Positions 60,321-64,000 of a DNA stretch of 64,000 nucleotides are shown here, one piece after another. The position numbers and the translations under genes were made by a program. The notes under the pieces were generated by a model. The model was not told the DNA's origin. It did not search any database and saw only the letters and a program-made list of their open reading frames with translations. Every line of letters begins with the position of its first letter. The first letter of the stretch is position 1. The DNA comes from Vicugna vicugna (taxonomy: Eukaryota), in NCBI GenBank assembly GCA_013265495.1, contig MU057887.1, positions 1,377,985 to 1,441,984 on the forward strand, written 5' to 3'.

Positions 60321-62887
60321 GTGGCAGCTTTCAAGTGTGATCATTTCTTAGCACCTGCAAGGTATGAAGTGGCAAGAAAAAGGTTTCCCAAGCCACAGCC
60401 CAGGCTGAATTCTGTTTTTCCAACCCTTCACTCACAGAATGACATGGGGCGGAGTCAGGAGGAGGTTTCCGGGCAATGACCAACTCCCTCTCCCTATTTC
60501 AGTTGGGGGACGGAGGTCCAGAGAGAGCCACCCTGACCAGTGTCAGCAGCCAGCACGAGGGCATGCAACCCAGGCGTCCTAACCAGGGAAAGCTCACACT
60601 CTGCAACACCGGAGACGGGGCGCAACACTCGCAAGACCGCTGCTGGGACCGGGGCCGGGCTGCACAGCAGTGGAACGACTGCACTGTGAAAACGGGCCTC
60701 AAATGTCAACTCACCGAGAAAAGTTTACTGCCCTGCAAGAACGCTCTTATCTCCAAACGCTAACACAGCACATGACTTTATTTAACTAGGTGCTGTTCGT
60801 TTACTTTAACCAAGTATCATTTAGATTAGATATTTTAGAGATTCAAAAAAGATTTTTTTTAAAGTTATGGAACTGGCAGTAAAAACAAACTATTAGAAAA
60901 ATCTTGATTGATAGATTGAGCAGGAGAGAGAGGGTGGGAAAGCAGGCAGGCGGGCGGGACACAGGGACAGCTACCCAGGACCCCCTTCTTCCCCACTCTG
61001 CTCACCCAGGATGTGGGTGGGGTCAGCAAAGGGCTGAGGGCTCCCTTGGAATCAGGCAGGATACAAACATGACCCACAGCCCTCCTGTTCTGGGCGATGT
61101 GATCACTGGCAGTGAGTGTCCATCTTTGGAATCCCCAGACCTGTGCCCCAGGGGCTGCTCCCCCTCCCAGGGCTCAGCCACCGGCCGAAGGTGGGCATCG
61201 GAGGGGAGGGGCAGCAGAGTGCTTAGAGCCCTCATAAAGCAGGGGCTGGGTCTGCCCCCCCCCCACACATACACGAGCTGGCCAGCCTCAGTCTCTTCAC
61301 TGTGAAATGCGGAGTCCCGTGATGCCGGTGCGATGATGCGGGCAGACCCCAGGCGCACGCCTGAGAAGCGGGAGGCACACAAAGCAGCGCGGTGCAGCGG
61401 CCGCGCTCTCATGGGACCACCCCCGACGCGCTATCTGGCTCTGAGGCCAGCCTCCCCTGCTGGCCCCCCCGGTGTGCGGAGGCCAGGGACTGACCCCCTG
61501 AGTGCAAAGCCACAGCAGGAGGGGGCAGTTCAGAGAGGGGCCCACAACCCCTCAGTTCCCCAAGGCCAGCACAAGGCACAGAGGGGCCCCGGAGTGTCCA
61601 CGCTTTCAGCAGAAGTATGACAGGGGCGGGGCGGGGCAGCGGCTCCCACAAGATTCACGGAGAAAGCACACCAACTTAGGTCACCTTCACTCAAGGCGCC
61701 CGACAGAGAAGGACGTGGAAAGGTGACCGCAAAGCCAGTCCCAGCAGCCAGCTGCCCGCTGCCAGACACTGTGTAGCTGACCTTGTGATGTCCCCAGTCG
61801 ACCCCATGAGCCAAGGGCCGGCATGATGCCCCTTCGACGGGGGCCACTGTCCCCTGTGGGCTCCCGAGCCCCTGAACAAGGCCCCCAGCTCCGAGGGACC
61901 CTCTGTGTTGGCCCACGTGCTCCCTATCATGACAGCAAAGGTTAACACCCTGTGATGGGGTGGCTGGAAGGAAAGTCTATTCTACACAATCTGCTGTTAA
62001 AAGTAGTTGATTAAATCTGTGTGTTTAAGAAAAAGCCTTGGCCTTTATCCAGGACGTCAAGACAAGAGACACTCAGCAGGTGGGGAAAACGATAAAGCCT
62101 GGTGCTGGGCCTTTCCCAGCTTCGGAACGTTCACGCCCGCAAGGGTGAGCTGATTAGCCAGGCAGCCCCCCGTTCTCACCTGAAGCAGAAGCATGAGAAT
62201 CCGTACATTCAGGAGTTTTCCTGAAAAAAGTTCACTTCTTTCACCTGGGGCTTTTAAACCCCTCAGCCGAGCATGAGAAGCTGAGAGGGGCAGTTGGGGG
62301 TGTCCTGCCTCTGCACCGCCGCCCCCCAAATGAAGGCGGGGAGCCGCCCTTGCCTCGGAGCATGACCCCCCGCCCCCGCACCTCTCTGGACCACTCTATA
62401 AATAGCCACAGATGTGCTGAGCACCCACTGTGTGCCAGGCCCCAGGCCCACAGGGCAAAGCAGAGGAGAAAGACACCATTGTCCCCCCTGAACCATACAC
62501 ATGTTCCCTCTGACTGTCACCACCCGGGACCCCAACCCTTCCTTGTTTCCTCAGGTTACCCCGGTTACCCTTCCAAAACAAACGTGCAGAAGGGAAGAGG
62601 GTTATTTACTGTCCCCCCCTCCACCCAACGTTCAGGGAGGGCTCTTGCACGAACTTAGGTGTTCAGGTTACAGGACAAAAAGAAAAAAACCGCAAACTAT
62701 TTCCCTCAAGGCTGAGAGCTGAAAAGAATCAAGCCAAACTTAGGAATATTTTCCATACTCTCTGCCCCACATGATAAAATCTACTTTTGTTTGCATCCAA
62801 GTGCTGGCAGAGATGGAGGCCCCGTGGCCCTGAGCCACACTACATGCCCCAGGGAGGGGAGGCAGACTTGGCTACTAGGGCCTTGGC

Positions 62888-63495
62888 ACCCACCATCACA
62901 CCCACCATCCACCATCACACCCACCATCACACCCACCATCCACCATCACAACCACCATCACACCCACCATCCACCATCCACCATCACACATCAGCCCAGA
63001 CCAAAGCATNNNNNNNNNNNNNNNNNNNNNNNNNNNNNNNNNNNNNNNNNNNNNNNNNNNNNNNNNNNNNNNNNNNNNNNNNNNNNNNNNNNNNNNNNNN
63101 NNNNNNNNNNNNNNNNNNNNNNNNNNNNNNNNNNNNNNNNNNNNNNNNNNNNNNNNNNNNNNNNNNNNNNNNNNNNNNNNNNNNNNNNNNNNNNNNNNNN
63201 NNNNNNNNNNNNNNNNNNNNNNNNNNNNNNNNNNNNNNNNNNNNNNNNNNNNNNNNNNNNNNNNNNNNNNNNNNNNNNNNNNNNNNNNNNNNNNNNNNNN
63301 NNNNNNNNNNNNNNNNNNNNNNNNNNNNNNNNNNNNNNNNNNNNNNNNNNNNNNNNNNNNNNNNNNNNNNNNNNNNNNNNNNNNNNNNNNNNNCCACCCA
63401 CCACCACCATCCCCCATCACACCCACCATCACACCCACCATCCCCCATCACACCCACCATCACACCCACCATCCCCCATCACACCCACCATCACA
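62888..63495. repeat. (CACCAT/CACACCCACCAT)n minisatellite-like tract spanning a 384-N assembly gap (63010-63393)
   Basis: 12-bp unit cacacccaccat and its variants are present on both sides of the N run. Confidence 0.92.
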
Positions 63496-64000
63496 TCTAC
63501 CTGCTTCCTTAACAGGTTTCTGCTCTCAAGTGTCAAAATGGGCAGGTGTGTGCATCAGCCCAGACCAAAGCATACTCTCAGTGGTGACACCAGGCCCTGG
63601 ATAGAGTTCTGGCATCCCTAACACCAGTCACTTTTCCAGATGTGATTTCAACACCACCCCTCTTTCTGAGGGGGACTTTTTCCAAGATTAAAAAAAAATC
63701 AGCTCCATGTCACCCTAGTTGGTAGGGGGAGTGGGGCCCAAGCAGAGAGCCAATGTTACTAAGTAGCCAGTGCTGAGAGGGGAGCCCCGGTCCTCCCTCA
63801 TGAGTCCAGGTCCCCTTGGCCTTCAGCCCCTGCCCATCCTCCCCTGCCCCTGCTCCTCCATCACAGGCCCCGTGACTCAAAGAGAAGCCGACGCTGCCGT
63901 CCCCGCCCCCATTCCTGCTGCCCCGTCTACACTCAGCTCGGCCACAACAGTCACTCAACTGCCACTGAGGCTTATCCCCCTGTCCAGTGCTCCCCAAAGG

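Larger units (their letters stand above)
22930..64000 (-). other. CELSR1: 3' part of the large upstream CELSR1 intron (intron 1); the cadherin-repeat exon lies beyond the window
   Basis: No cadherin-repeat ORF is seen in 22930-64000; the content is repeats and non-coding sequence. Confidence 0.85.

Noticed and set aside
109..63997. Hundreds of 60-300 aa ORFs in the six-frame track (e.g. 4322-5233, 22250-23017, 51148-52050)
   Set aside because: Pro/Gly/Arg/Ala-rich translations without recognisable domains, as expected from stop-poor GC-rich DNA. Those overlapping the exons are antisense shadows of high-GC3 codons.

Overview
Mammalian, GC-rich genomic DNA, not prokaryotic. It lies inside CELSR1 (Flamingo-type adhesion GPCR/cadherin, planar cell polarity) on the minus strand. 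Two coding exons have canonical AG/GT boundaries and compatible phases. Exon 2 (22291-22929, 639 nt) encodes the end of the last cadherin repeat, the membrane-adjacent/Flamingo-box region and EGF1-2. Exon 3 (4277-4499, 223 nt) encodes EGF3 and the start of LamG1. The rest is intron: >41 kb upstream of exon 2, 17.8 kb between the exons, and >4.2 kb downstream of exon 3. The introns carry MaLR (MLT1-type) LTRs, old L1/L2/MIR/MER relics, younger 5'-truncated L1 3' ends with target-site duplications, and a tRNA-derived SINE resembling camelid Vic-1, which suggests a camel/alpaca genome (inference). There are two assembly gaps. Nearly all ORFs in the track are GC-rich noise. I found no supportable new biological system. 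The best second-look items are candidate intronic enhancers (RFX X-boxes, GRHL palindrome, CRE/TCF island, homeobox islands), a template-switch microinversion in a SINE B-box, GC-shifted repeats, nested insertions and a probable misassembly at the large gap. Repeat family names are from recognition by eye and need RepeatMasker/Dfam confirmation.
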